A stretch of DNA of 64,000 nucleotides from an uncultured Acidimicrobiales bacterium (GTDB lineage: Bacteria; Actinomycetota; Acidimicrobiia; Acidimicrobiales; SHLQ01). The notes below the pieces were generated by a model. That model was not told the DNA's origin. It did no database searches and was given only the letters and a program-made list of their open reading frames with translations. Where the stretch lies: contig CALJDK010000016.1 in NCBI GenBank assembly GCA_938023735.1, forward strand, positions 7,145 through 71,144, given 5' to 3'. The number at the start of each line of letters is the position of its first letter. The first letter of the stretch is position 1. The position numbers and the translations under genes are program-made. Shown here in pieces: positions 1 to 9,053 of the stretch.

Positions 1-48
1 AGGCAATGACATTTGGGGGTCTCGATTCGGGGAAGGTTGGTAGGGGAT

Positions 49-1209
49 TTAGCGCACGATCTGTTCGAGACGCTCATAAAGCGATCGGCCGGTTTCTGAC
101 GGCAAAAATGCCGTTTGGCACGCATCGGAAGCGGCATCGTGGAGCTTGTTGAGATGTTCGATGTCGTCGATTGTGGCCAAAATCTGTTCGGCTACGTCGA
201 CCGCTCGAGGTGCCGGCAGATAGTCGACATTGGGCTCGACGGGCACCCCGGCCATTGCCGAGGGGAGTCCGACAATGGGTACTCGATTGAATACGTAATC
301 AAGGATCTTCATCTTCAGGCCGCCGCCTTCGGGCTCAAACATTACCGCCATGCGAGAGTCACTGAGGTACTGCTGAAGATCGGGGACGAAGCCCGGAAAG
401 CTCACGGTGGGGAAGAGTTCGGCGGTTGGTTTGTTGATCTCGTCGTCGCCGCCCACGATGGCCAACTCGATGCCAGCATCGTGAAGTGGTTTGGCGGTGA
501 CCTCGAGAAGTTCGTGCATGTTGCGGCGCTTTACACCCCACACGAGGTTGTTCACGATGACGACCCGACGAGGCGTATCGGAGGTAATGGTGCGCTCTTG
601 CAACCTTTCGCCACGGTACGCCGGCGGCATCAACAGAAGTCGCTCGCGCTCGACATGGTTCTTCCGGTGATACGACTCGATGTCGGTCTCGGAGATGGCC
701 GTAACAAGAGCGGCCGAGTCGCACAGCTTTTGCTCGAACTGCCGCAGCTTTCGCAGATCGAGCGTAAAGGCGACCTTGTGATGGAACGATGGGTTGTTGT
801 CGAGCGTCGATTGCTTTACTGACGACTCGTGGTTGTGCGACATGTACACGATTGGTGCTACGGAGCGGAGCATGTCGATAGGTCCGCTCGATCGAAGATG
901 ATCGACGATGATCGCGTCGGGGTTGCTTCGCCTTACCAGTGGCCCCATGGCTTCCTGGGCCTCTTTGTTGTAGACCTCGCTGATCATGAACGGATACTTG
1001 GTGAGCTGACCACGGACCGTATGGCGAAACGCTGGGCCGAGAAGGGTCCAGTCGGGATCGTTTGGCCGCGCCACCTCGTCGCGCTCGTGGCCGATAAAGG
1101 AAATTTCAGCGCCGTGCTCGACGAGCGAACAGGCGACGCCTCGCGGATAGGTGAACAAGCCCATTGTTGCCGGCTCGAAATGGTGGCCGGCAAGCCAAAG
1201 AACTTTCAT
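49..1209 (-). CDS. Glycosyltransferase, GT1/GT4-like (GT-B fold)
   Basis: 386-aa ORF. The C-terminal half has the GT-B donor-binding pattern (FPGFVPDL..., EPEGGGLKMKILDYVFNRVPIVG). It lies in the glycan locus, divergent from the RTX gene. Confidence 0.65.
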   Translation of the reverse strand: MKVLWLAGHHFEPATMGLFTYPRGVACSLVEHGAEISFIGHERDEVARPNDPDWTLLGPAFRHTVRGQLTKYPFMISEVYNKEAQEAMGPLVRRSNPDAIIVDHLRSSGPIDMLRSVAPIVYMSHNHESSVKQSTLDNNPSFHHKVAFTLDLRKLRQFEQKLCDSAALVTAISETDIESYHRKNHVERERLLLMPPAYRGERLQERTITSDTPRRVVIVNNLVWGVKRRNMHELLEVTAKPLHDAGIELAIVGGDDEINKPTAELFPTVSFPGFVPDLQQYLSDSRMAVMFEPEGGGLKMKILDYVFNRVPIVGLPSAMAGVPVEPNVDYLPAPRAVDVAEQILATIDDIEHLNKLHDAASDACQTAFLPSETGRSLYERLEQIVR

Positions 1210-1408
1210 AGATTGACCTCACTGGGGGGAACGTGGGGAAGCGAGACGGGAAGCGGAACTAGGCCATCATACTAGGCCGGTAACGCGGGCCTTGGTGTCG
1301 ATATGGCCAATCTTGGGCGGTAGTGTGCATGACGCCAGAACACTGGATCTCCGCCGCAATGACGCCTATTATTGAAACACCGCGTTATTTACTGAAAGGT
1401 AATTAAAT

Positions 1409-2557
1409 ATGACTCCACGCTACGAACAACGTCCACATCGACTGGGCGAGTCGTTTGGGGTCTTCGTTGTGTTGGCTGCCACTTTGCTTCTCGCAGGATT
1501 GGTTGGGGGCGTCTCGACTGCCGAGGCAGCCGGAACAGCATGTCGAGGGGCCCAAGCCACAATCATTGGTACGTCCGGGAACGATCGACTCATCGGCACC
1601 GCAGGAAACGACGTCATCGTCGGCCTCGACGGCGACGATTTCATCAATGGCGGCGGCGGCAACGACATCATCTGCGGCGGTAGCGGTAAGGACCGCATCG
1701 CTGGTTCCACCGGAAACGACATCGTGAAAGGCGGCGGCGGCAACGACCGCATCTTTGGTGGCAGCGGAAACGACCAACTCTTTGGCGATGGCGGGAACGA
1801 CTTCATTATCGGCGACGCTGGAGCCGACAACATTCGCGGCTCGAAGGGTAACGACACGTTGGCCGGCGGCGCCGACAACGATCTGATCTTTGGCGACGGT
1901 GGCAGCGACCTCATCAACGGCGGTGGCGGAAACGACACCGTGGCCGGTGGCGGCGGAAACGACCGCATCAACGGCCAAAGCGGCGCCGACCGCCTTCTCG
2001 GCGGTGACGGCAACGACACCATCTTTGCCAGCGCTCCCGGCGCAGCACTCGGCCGGGTCGTTACCCGCGACCGCCTTGAAGGTGGCGCTGGTGCTGACTA
2101 TCTCGAAGGCGACTTCGGACCCGACGTGCTGCTTGGCGGTACCGGCAACGACGAACTCCACGATTTCAACGGTGCGAACCTGCTCGATGCCGGACCCGGC
2201 AACGACTTCATCGGAGGCGACGGCGTACTTCGTGGTCGGGCCGGAAACGACACGCTGTTCGGCGGGCCACAGAAAGATAAGTTGTTCGGCGATGAAGGGG
2301 TCGACTTCCTCATTGGTGGCCGCGCCAACGACGAGCTCAACGGCGGCGCCGGAAACCTCGATGTTTGCGCCGGAGGGCATTGGGCATCAATCGACGGAGG
2401 TGCCGACTTTGCGATCGCTGCTTCGCAACGGGGCGACAGCTTCGTCGGCTGCGACGATGTGCAGCGGCAGGAAACTCGAGCCAGCATCATTACCCCGTTC
2501 AAGCCCAACCAAGTAAACGGATTCTTGCTGCAAGACCTTGTGGGTCTGGGCGACTAA
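1409..2557 (+). CDS. Secreted calcium-binding protein with RTX-type (GGxGxD) nonapeptide repeats
   Basis: The N-terminus has a hydrophobic signal ending in AEA (VVLAATLLLAGLVGGVSTAEAAG). More than 20 consecutive repeats follow, of the type GGNDxIxGG / GNDxLxGG. An AT-rich leader sits upstream. Confidence 0.8.
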   Translation: MTPRYEQRPHRLGESFGVFVVLAATLLLAGLVGGVSTAEAAGTACRGAQATIIGTSGNDRLIGTAGNDVIVGLDGDDFINGGGGNDIICGGSGKDRIAGSTGNDIVKGGGGNDRIFGGSGNDQLFGDGGNDFIIGDAGADNIRGSKGNDTLAGGADNDLIFGDGGSDLINGGGGNDTVAGGGGNDRINGQSGADRLLGGDGNDTIFASAPGAALGRVVTRDRLEGGAGADYLEGDFGPDVLLGGTGNDELHDFNGANLLDAGPGNDFIGGDGVLRGRAGNDTLFGGPQKDKLFGDEGVDFLIGGRANDELNGGAGNLDVCAGGHWASIDGGADFAIAASQRGDSFVGCDDVQRQETRASIITPFKPNQVNGFLLQDLVGLGD

Positions 2558-2567
2558 CGCTAAGAAG

Positions 2568-3815
2568 CTACCCGTGCGGCCGGAAAGTATCGGTGGTCGC
2601 ACGGGTATACCACTCGTCGAGCGCCGACGCCGCCTCGTCGAGATGAAAGACCTCGCGTACCCGCTTGCGGCCGGCACGACTCATCGATGCTCGGCCTTCT
2701 GAATCGCGGGCTACCTCGATCATGGCTTCTGACAAACGATCGGACGCAACATCGCGGGGGCCAGGCTCGACCAACATCCCCGACTCGGAGCCGATCATCT
2801 GTTTTGCCGCGCCGGTATCGAAGCCAATGATGGGCAGGCCCATGGCCATGGCAAACACAAACAGCGTTGCGCCGCTGTCGCGCAGACTCGGAAACACAAA
2901 CACATGGCTTCGCGCGATGAGTGCCCGCTCGTCGTCGCGATGAAGCGATCCGTGGAGCGTTACCGAACGGCTGATGCCGAGTTGTGCAATGCGATCTTCG
3001 ATGGCCTCGCGCTCTGACCCTTCGCCGACCAGGTGAAAGTGAGCGTCGGGAAGATGCCTTAGGGCCTTGGCGAAGGCTTCGATGGCCAGGATGTGGCCTT
3101 TCCAGCCGATGAGGCGGCCAGAACTAACGAAAGATATTGGCGCGTCGAGGTCGGGGCCTTCGAGCGCTTCGAGCGCCTCGATCTGCTCGTCGTTGAGCGA
3201 GAAAGACGGGCGGTAGAGATGCACATAGGATGCACCGGCTTCGATCATGCGAGCGCGAGTTTGTTCGGTCCCCGCTACCCGAACCGCACGACGGGCCTTT
3301 GCCATGCGCTGCCAGTTGGTAGAGCGCATCGCCGACCACTGCAGGGCCTCGCGAGCGGCATTGCCCATGCGGCTCTTGGTGTTGAGCATGTGGCGGAAGG
3401 CGGGCGGGATGACTTCGCCGCCGGTAACCGGGCCAAAGACGTACGGCGGGCCGAGACGAACGATAGGGCTTGGCAGCCAGAATGCACCGAAGGACACGTG
3501 ATGCACAACGTCGAGCAGGTTCAGATCGTGGATCTTCTTTGCTTCGTCGTAGCCCTTGCTGAGCCAGCGCATCATGTGGACGGCGTCGCCCCAACTGGTC
3601 CCGGTGTGGAAGGGGCCGGAGTCCTCAGGGACATCGATATAGACCCAGTTGACTTTGTCCGAATCCGGATGCGCCTCGATGGCGAGCCGGTTGCTGGCTT
3701 TGGTCAAGGCCCAGACGGTGTGCTTCTTTGCAGCTATCTGGGTCCACTGCCACCCGAGGCCGGGTTCGGACCCGGCGTTCGGGATGCAGTCGTAGGCGAC
3801 GATGAGAACTTTCAC
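2568..3815 (-). CDS. Glycosyltransferase family 4 (GT-B)
   Basis: 415 aa. N-terminus is MKVLIVAYDCIPNAGSEPGLGW. The C-terminal half carries a typical GT4 block (HLVGEGSERE...VFVFPSLRDSGATLFVFAMAMGLPIIGFDTG...LVEP). Confidence 0.75.
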   Translation of the reverse strand: MKVLIVAYDCIPNAGSEPGLGWQWTQIAAKKHTVWALTKASNRLAIEAHPDSDKVNWVYIDVPEDSGPFHTGTSWGDAVHMMRWLSKGYDEAKKIHDLNLLDVVHHVSFGAFWLPSPIVRLGPPYVFGPVTGGEVIPPAFRHMLNTKSRMGNAAREALQWSAMRSTNWQRMAKARRAVRVAGTEQTRARMIEAGASYVHLYRPSFSLNDEQIEALEALEGPDLDAPISFVSSGRLIGWKGHILAIEAFAKALRHLPDAHFHLVGEGSEREAIEDRIAQLGISRSVTLHGSLHRDDERALIARSHVFVFPSLRDSGATLFVFAMAMGLPIIGFDTGAAKQMIGSESGMLVEPGPRDVASDRLSEAMIEVARDSEGRASMSRAGRKRVREVFHLDEAASALDEWYTRATTDTFRPHG

Positions 3816-3855
3816 TGCGCTCTAGCGTAACCAGGCCGACTCGGAAACGTCTCGG

Positions 3856-6156
3856 CTAGTTGTTTCGGCTCTTTGCAGCCGCTACTGCCGTGACTGCCAT
3901 GGCAAGCAAGGCCAGGCCAGCGACGATAAGCGGAAGCGGAAGCGAGCCGCCTTCGCTGATGGGTTGTTCGCCCAGGCTGAGCTCGGGAGCATCGGCCTGA
4001 ACGTCATCGCCACGCATTGCCGGGCCCTCGTCGACGAACGGAAGCTCGGTTGGTTCTTCGCCGATCCGGTCGGTGTCGATGGGTTCGGCATCTTCGTTGG
4101 CGGTGTCGGTCTGAGGATCTGGACGTTCGCCCAGGCTCTCGGCCGACTCGTCGGGACCGATATCGTCGAACAAGCCTTCGAGGCTAAAGCCGCTTTCGGG
4201 GGCCCGTCGCTCGATATGAGGCGTCCAACCTTCGGGAACGACCAGTTCGGGGACGGTGGTTGTCGTCGTAGTCGTGGTCGAGGTGGCGCCTGGGGTGGTG
4301 CTTGTTGTGGTCGACGGTGCCGCAGTTGTGGTTGGTGCTGCGGTGGTTACCGGCGCCTTGGTGGTTGGCACCACGATGATGAACGGTGCGGTAGTAGGCG
4401 CACTTGTAGTGGCTGGCGCCTGGGTGGTTGCTGGCGCCTTTGTTGTTGGTGCGTTAGTGGTGGCTGGCGCCTTGGTGGTAGCTGGTGCCTTGCTAGTAGC
4501 CGGCGCCTGAGTGGTTACCGGGGCTTTGGTGGTGGCAGGTGCTTTGGTTGTTGCGGGCGCCTGAGTCGTTACCGGGGCCTTGGTGGTAGCAGGTGCCTTG
4601 GTGGTGGCCGGGGCTTTGGTTGTTGCGGGCGCCTGAGTGGTAGCAGGAGCCTTGGTGGTGGCAGGTGCCTGGGTGGTTGCCGGCGCTTTGGTGGTGGCAG
4701 GTGCCTGGGTGGTGGCAGGTGCCTGGGTGGTTGCCGGTGCCTGGGTCACAGCCGGCGCCTTTGTGGTTGTGGGGGCCTGCGTGGTGGCTGGGGCCGCACC
4801 GGCGAACTCGAAGGCGCCGATGTCAGACTTTGCGCCGGCTGGGCGGTTCACGCCACCGAACGAGCTGTTCACCAGGTCCAGACCCTGATCGATGGCGGGC
4901 GACCAGCCCTGAAGCGAGAAGTCGGCCTTGCTGGGGTCGGTCGTAGGGTTGGTAAGACCGGGGTTGCTATCGACCCGGCGGTCATCGGGGTCGACATTTC
5001 CGCCCACGACGATGTTGTTGTAGCTCTCGAGGTTTGATCCGTTCTTCAGCACGATGCCGTCGGTGCCGTTGTGTGGCCACGCAATGTTGTTTGCTACCCG
5101 AACGTCGCGGGCATCAAAGGCATCGATTTCGGCGCGGGTACCCGTGAGCTTCGGGGTCCACGAGTTGTGCATGGTGGTGTTGTTGTACACATCGACATGG
5201 CTCGACATGAACACATGGATTCCCTTACCGCCGTTGTTGAACACCACGTTGTTGGCGATGAGGGTACGCAGGGTGTATCCGGTCAGGTTGTTCTGGTCGA
5301 GGATGATGCCGTTTCCGTCGGTGATGTCGTTGGGGAAACCGATTCCGGCACCGTTCACTTTGTTCTCGTTGGCGTACACGACGTTGCCGACGATGTAGTC
5401 GGAGTAGCCGTTGGCATCGTCGCCGAAGCCGTGATGCTGCGGACGCCAGATCGAAATGCCCGAGCCCTGGTTGTCGTTCCAGTACGAGTTCTCGTAGATC
5501 TCGTTGTACATGATGCGAGCATGGCTGATCTTCTGCGATCCGTATCCGCCTACCGGGAAACCGTGGATCTTGTTGTTGGAAACTAGAATGTGGTGGCCAG
5601 TGTTGGCGACAACGCCGTATCCGTAGCTATGGCCGGCGTGAAAGCCCCGTCCTTCAAGCTCGAAGCCCGAGACCTCGACATAGGACGAGTGATAGAGCTC
5701 GATGGCGCTGGTGTTGGTGGCAACGATCTTGGGGGAGTGCCCGGGCATGGCCTTGATACGGATCCACGCATCGGCGGTGCCGTTCTTGTTCGCGACCACG
5801 ATGTGGGCCTGACCGTTGTTGTTGTCGCCGGTGTAGGTGCCGTTCATCACAAACACCGTGTCGCCGGCCTGAAGACGGCTGACCGCCGTGGTGATGTAGC
5901 GAAGTGGGGCGTCCTGCGACGTTCCGCTGTTTCCGTCGTTGCCGAACTCGGCGCTGACGTAATAGGTGGTGCCCTGGGTTGCACCAAGCACGTCGGTGCG
6001 ATCATCGTCGCCCGATGGCTGCTGGGAGTCGACGGTGGGGGGCTCGTTGGTCGAGCACGCAGCGCCGAAGAGAGCAAGCGTAAGGAACAGAACGGCGAGT
6101 CGAATGAAGCCGTTGGTATGACGAGTTGAGGTGATCTGGGGGGCAGTCATGCCCAA
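3856..6156 (-). CDS. Right-handed parallel beta-helix lipoprotein with a long Pro/Thr/Ala linker, an acidic region and a C-terminal TM anchor; putative glycan-active enzyme
   Basis: Lipobox LFGAAC near the N-terminus. Beta-helix repeat signatures are present (NNKIHG, NEIYEN, ITDGNGIILDQN, ANNVVFNNGGKGIHV, VYNNTT). About 180 aa of APATT(Q/K) repeats follow. The C-terminus is LPLPLIVAGLALLAMAVTAVAAAKSRNN. Confidence 0.75.
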   Translation of the reverse strand: MGMTAPQITSTRHTNGFIRLAVLFLTLALFGAACSTNEPPTVDSQQPSGDDDRTDVLGATQGTTYYVSAEFGNDGNSGTSQDAPLRYITTAVSRLQAGDTVFVMNGTYTGDNNNGQAHIVVANKNGTADAWIRIKAMPGHSPKIVATNTSAIELYHSSYVEVSGFELEGRGFHAGHSYGYGVVANTGHHILVSNNKIHGFPVGGYGSQKISHARIMYNEIYENSYWNDNQGSGISIWRPQHHGFGDDANGYSDYIVGNVVYANENKVNGAGIGFPNDITDGNGIILDQNNLTGYTLRTLIANNVVFNNGGKGIHVFMSSHVDVYNNTTMHNSWTPKLTGTRAEIDAFDARDVRVANNIAWPHNGTDGIVLKNGSNLESYNNIVVGGNVDPDDRRVDSNPGLTNPTTDPSKADFSLQGWSPAIDQGLDLVNSSFGGVNRPAGAKSDIGAFEFAGAAPATTQAPTTTKAPAVTQAPATTQAPATTQAPATTKAPATTQAPATTKAPATTQAPATTKAPATTKAPATTKAPVTTQAPATTKAPATTKAPVTTQAPATSKAPATTKAPATTNAPTTKAPATTQAPATTSAPTTAPFIIVVPTTKAPVTTAAPTTTAAPSTTTSTTPGATSTTTTTTTTVPELVVPEGWTPHIERRAPESGFSLEGLFDDIGPDESAESLGERPDPQTDTANEDAEPIDTDRIGEEPTELPFVDEGPAMRGDDVQADAPELSLGEQPISEGGSLPLPLIVAGLALLAMAVTAVAAAKSRNN
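4250..4800 (-). repeat. In-frame 18-nt tandem repeat tract encoding (APATTQ/APATTK)n plus a poly-Thr run
   Basis: Repeated ggtggttgc/ggtggtggc-aggtgcctg units are directly visible. They translate to APATTQAPATTKAPATT... within the 766-aa ORF. Confidence 0.85.
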
Positions 6157-6280
6157 GAAATCGACGAATAAAAACCAGACCTTTACCAGATTTCGAGTGA
6201 TGTTCGCCTAGCGGGTCAATCGGACCACGACGGGAGACCTACGACCCGAAGTCCACATTGCACCTCGAAAAATGCCGGGT

Positions 6281-7723
6281 CTATTCGTCGGGCTGTTGCT
6301 TCTCGGCCACCGTCGATGGGGGTGAGGCTTCGACCGAACCTTCGCCCGTGCTGGCCTCATAGGCACCCGCATCGGGGAGCGGGCCGCGAGCGCGACCCTC
6401 GATGTCGTCGGGGTGCAGAAGCGTGGCTGCATCGATAGCCGGCGAAGAGATTCGAAGCCGGAAATCGGCCGCTGCCGGGTCGATCGAGGGGTTCACGAGG
6501 CCCGAAGTGCTCACCAGGATGTCGTTACCGCTGGTGCCGTCCTCGTCGCCAACGATGACGTTGGACTGGCGAGCCTGATCGTCGCCCCGTGTGGCGATGG
6601 CCTTGTTGCCTTCGGCCGGCACGATGAGGTTGTTGGCGATACGTATGTTGCGGGTATCGAACGTAGCGATTTCGGCATTCTCGCCTTCGAGTCCGGGCGT
6701 GAAGAGGTTCTGATAGGTGGTGTTGTGGAAGACGTCGACGTTGATCGACTGAAACACATTGATGGCCCGGCCACCGTTGTTGAAGGCAATGTTGTTGGCG
6801 ATAAGGGTGCGGCCCGAGTACTCGACCATGTCGCCCTCCTCGTTCATGGTGTTCTGATCGATGATGATGCCGTTGCCGTCGGTAATGATGTCCTCGCCGC
6901 AGAACCCACAGAAGACCCGGTTTTCGTTGCCGTACAGCGTGTTGCCAACGATGTAGTTGCTGTATCCGGCCGCATCATCGTCGAAGCCATGATCCTCGAG
7001 ACGCCAATAGGAAATACCCGAACCCTGGTTCGAGTCCCACAGCGCATTGCCGTGCACCACGTTGTTCAGCACATACAGGTGTGAGCTACCACGGGTGCCG
7101 AACCCACCGGTGGGGAACCCGTGGATCTCGTTGTCGGCCACAACAATGTGGTGCGACTGGGCCACAACAACGCCGTAGCCATAAGAGTTCTCGGCGGAGA
7201 AACCAACGCCTCGCATTTCGAATCCTTGAAGCTCGATGTAGTCGGCGGTGATCTCGAACGCACTGGTCACGTCGGCTTCGATAACCGGCCGGTGGCCAGG
7301 CATTGCCCGGTACCGGATCCAGTTGCTTTCCGTGCCCGGAACCTCAAGAACAAAATGCGCGGCCCCGCGCTCTTCCAGGCCATCGACTTCGTTGTAGATG
7401 CCGTCCATGATCCAAAAAACGTCGCCCGCCTTCTGCCTGTCGACCGCCTGCCCGATGGTCTGCCACGCCGACTCTGGCGACTTGCCATCATTATCGTCGC
7501 TGCCCTGTGGGCTGATGAAGAAATGGTTCGGAGCTGCCGGGTCGGGTTCGATATCGGGAAGACGCACGGCCTCGCCGGTTCCGGCGGGCACACCTCCGCC
7601 AGTGATCGCGAAGGAGTCGACGGGTAGCGGATCGATGCCACTGACACCGTCGCCACAAGCGGCGGCCATCAGGGACAGAAGCGTCAAGAGCGCGACAAAA
7701 AGAAAAGGACGGGGGGATCGCAT
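6281..7723 (-). CDS. Right-handed parallel beta-helix lipoprotein, paralog of 3856..6156 without the PT linker or anchor
   Basis: Lipobox LMAAAC. The catalytic-domain blocks are collinear with the neighbouring gene (WIRYRAMPGHRP, SYGYGVVV, HGFPTGG, NQGSGISYWR, ITDGNGIIIDQN, IANNIAFNNGGRAINVF, DPAAADFRL..SPAIDA). Confidence 0.75.
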   Translation of the reverse strand: MRSPRPFLFVALLTLLSLMAAACGDGVSGIDPLPVDSFAITGGGVPAGTGEAVRLPDIEPDPAAPNHFFISPQGSDDNDGKSPESAWQTIGQAVDRQKAGDVFWIMDGIYNEVDGLEERGAAHFVLEVPGTESNWIRYRAMPGHRPVIEADVTSAFEITADYIELQGFEMRGVGFSAENSYGYGVVVAQSHHIVVADNEIHGFPTGGFGTRGSSHLYVLNNVVHGNALWDSNQGSGISYWRLEDHGFDDDAAGYSNYIVGNTLYGNENRVFCGFCGEDIITDGNGIIIDQNTMNEEGDMVEYSGRTLIANNIAFNNGGRAINVFQSINVDVFHNTTYQNLFTPGLEGENAEIATFDTRNIRIANNLIVPAEGNKAIATRGDDQARQSNVIVGDEDGTSGNDILVSTSGLVNPSIDPAAADFRLRISSPAIDAATLLHPDDIEGRARGPLPDAGAYEASTGEGSVEASPPSTVAEKQQPDE

Positions 7724-7725
7724 AC

Positions 7726-9039
7726 CTACACCACAGTACCGACGGTTTCGCGATCAGATGGAGCGGGCTCGGCAGTTCTCAAACGAGCCGCAGCGACCCA
7801 CAGTGCCACCGCAAAGGCCAATTCTGCCGTAAGCGTGGTTCCAACGGCACCCTTCCATGAATAACGCGGAATGAAGTACAGGTTGAGAAGAAGGTTCAGC
7901 AGCATTGCGCCGACCATGATTACCAGTCGCACATTGTGGCGATCGCTGCCGGTAAGGGCGTTGGCCGGGAACATCTGAATACCGCGAAGCAGAGGCAGAA
8001 AGGCAACCAGTTGAAGGACGGTAGCGACGTCTTCAAACTTCTCGCCATCGGTAAACCAGAACACGATGGAGATGATGTCGGGCAAGAACGGCGCCACGAA
8101 AAACAAGACCAAGCCCACCACGAGGCCATAACCGGCCGACCGAACGGTGAGCCGCTTCGCAAACTCGTAAGCCTCGGCCGGGTTCCGCGCCCCTTTCTCG
8201 AAGAATGACGCGTCGGTTGCGCGGGCCATCGCCATGATCGGCAGAACCGAGATGGTGGCGATTCGGTACGCAATGGAATAGAAGCCCGCAGCCTCAACGA
8301 ACTTGTAGCGGGTAAGCAGCGGTCGGTCGATACTGTCGAGCACGCCATCGCTAGTGGCCGAGAGCACAAACGGTAGGCCCATGCGGATGTCGCTGATCGT
8401 GGGCGGATTGAACCGGGTCTTGATGTCGAAAGATCGTTGGGTGATGAGCATCGAGCCAAGTGCACCCAGAGCGGAGCCGCCGATTGCCCACCACGCCCAA
8501 CTGTCGAGCGTTCCTGCACCAAAGACGGTGAACCCAATCAGACTCGCCACCCGCAACGATGCGAAGGTGAGTTTGGATTTTGCGCCCACCTCGAGTCGGC
8601 GCATTGCTTGGCTTGCCTGCGTTGCTGCCTCGGCCAACCAAAAGAATGTGGTTTGCGAAAGCGAGAGCAAGACAAAGGTGCGCGGTGAGACCTGCGGCAC
8701 AAACAGGGTACGAAACACCAGCAGAATGAGTGTGCCGATAAGTGTTCCGAGCACCACGGTGGTGACCGTTCGCTGCCACTCGGGCTCAAGCGGCATGCCG
8801 CGGGCCACCCGTCGGATCATGAGAACGTGGCCGCCAACGTGGGCCAGGTTGGACATGATCAAGGCCATCGCAACCGTGGCGCTATACAGCCCAAAGTCGC
8901 TGGTTTCGAGAACCAGGGCCAGGCCGAGGAAGATCCCTAGGCTTACTACAAGCTGGCCAACCTCGGCGGCCATGCCCCAGAGCGCGTTACGTCCAGACTC
9001 TGATGATGCGTCGTTGCGAAGTGCGGCGAGCCGGCTCAT
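7726..9039 (-). CDS. Polysaccharide flippase, MOP/Wzx family (copy A)
   Basis: 437-aa polytopic membrane protein with about 12 or more hydrophobic segments. It sits in a Wzy/Wzz context, 2 nt upstream of the beta-helix gene. Confidence 0.65.
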   Translation of the reverse strand: MSRLAALRNDASSESGRNALWGMAAEVGQLVVSLGIFLGLALVLETSDFGLYSATVAMALIMSNLAHVGGHVLMIRRVARGMPLEPEWQRTVTTVVLGTLIGTLILLVFRTLFVPQVSPRTFVLLSLSQTTFFWLAEAATQASQAMRRLEVGAKSKLTFASLRVASLIGFTVFGAGTLDSWAWWAIGGSALGALGSMLITQRSFDIKTRFNPPTISDIRMGLPFVLSATSDGVLDSIDRPLLTRYKFVEAAGFYSIAYRIATISVLPIMAMARATDASFFEKGARNPAEAYEFAKRLTVRSAGYGLVVGLVLFFVAPFLPDIISIVFWFTDGEKFEDVATVLQLVAFLPLLRGIQMFPANALTGSDRHNVRLVIMVGAMLLNLLLNLYFIPRYSWKGAVGTTLTAELAFAVALWVAAARLRTAEPAPSDRETVGTVV

Positions 9040-9053
9040 AGGTGCCTGTCGGA

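Noticed and set aside
1409-2557. The RTX-repeat protein considered as a type I-secreted toxin.
   Set aside because: It has an N-terminal Sec-type signal peptide. No pore-forming or acylation domain is present, and there is no hlyB/hlyD/tolC-like or acyltransferase (hlyC) gene nearby. It reads as a calcium-binding structural or accessory protein.
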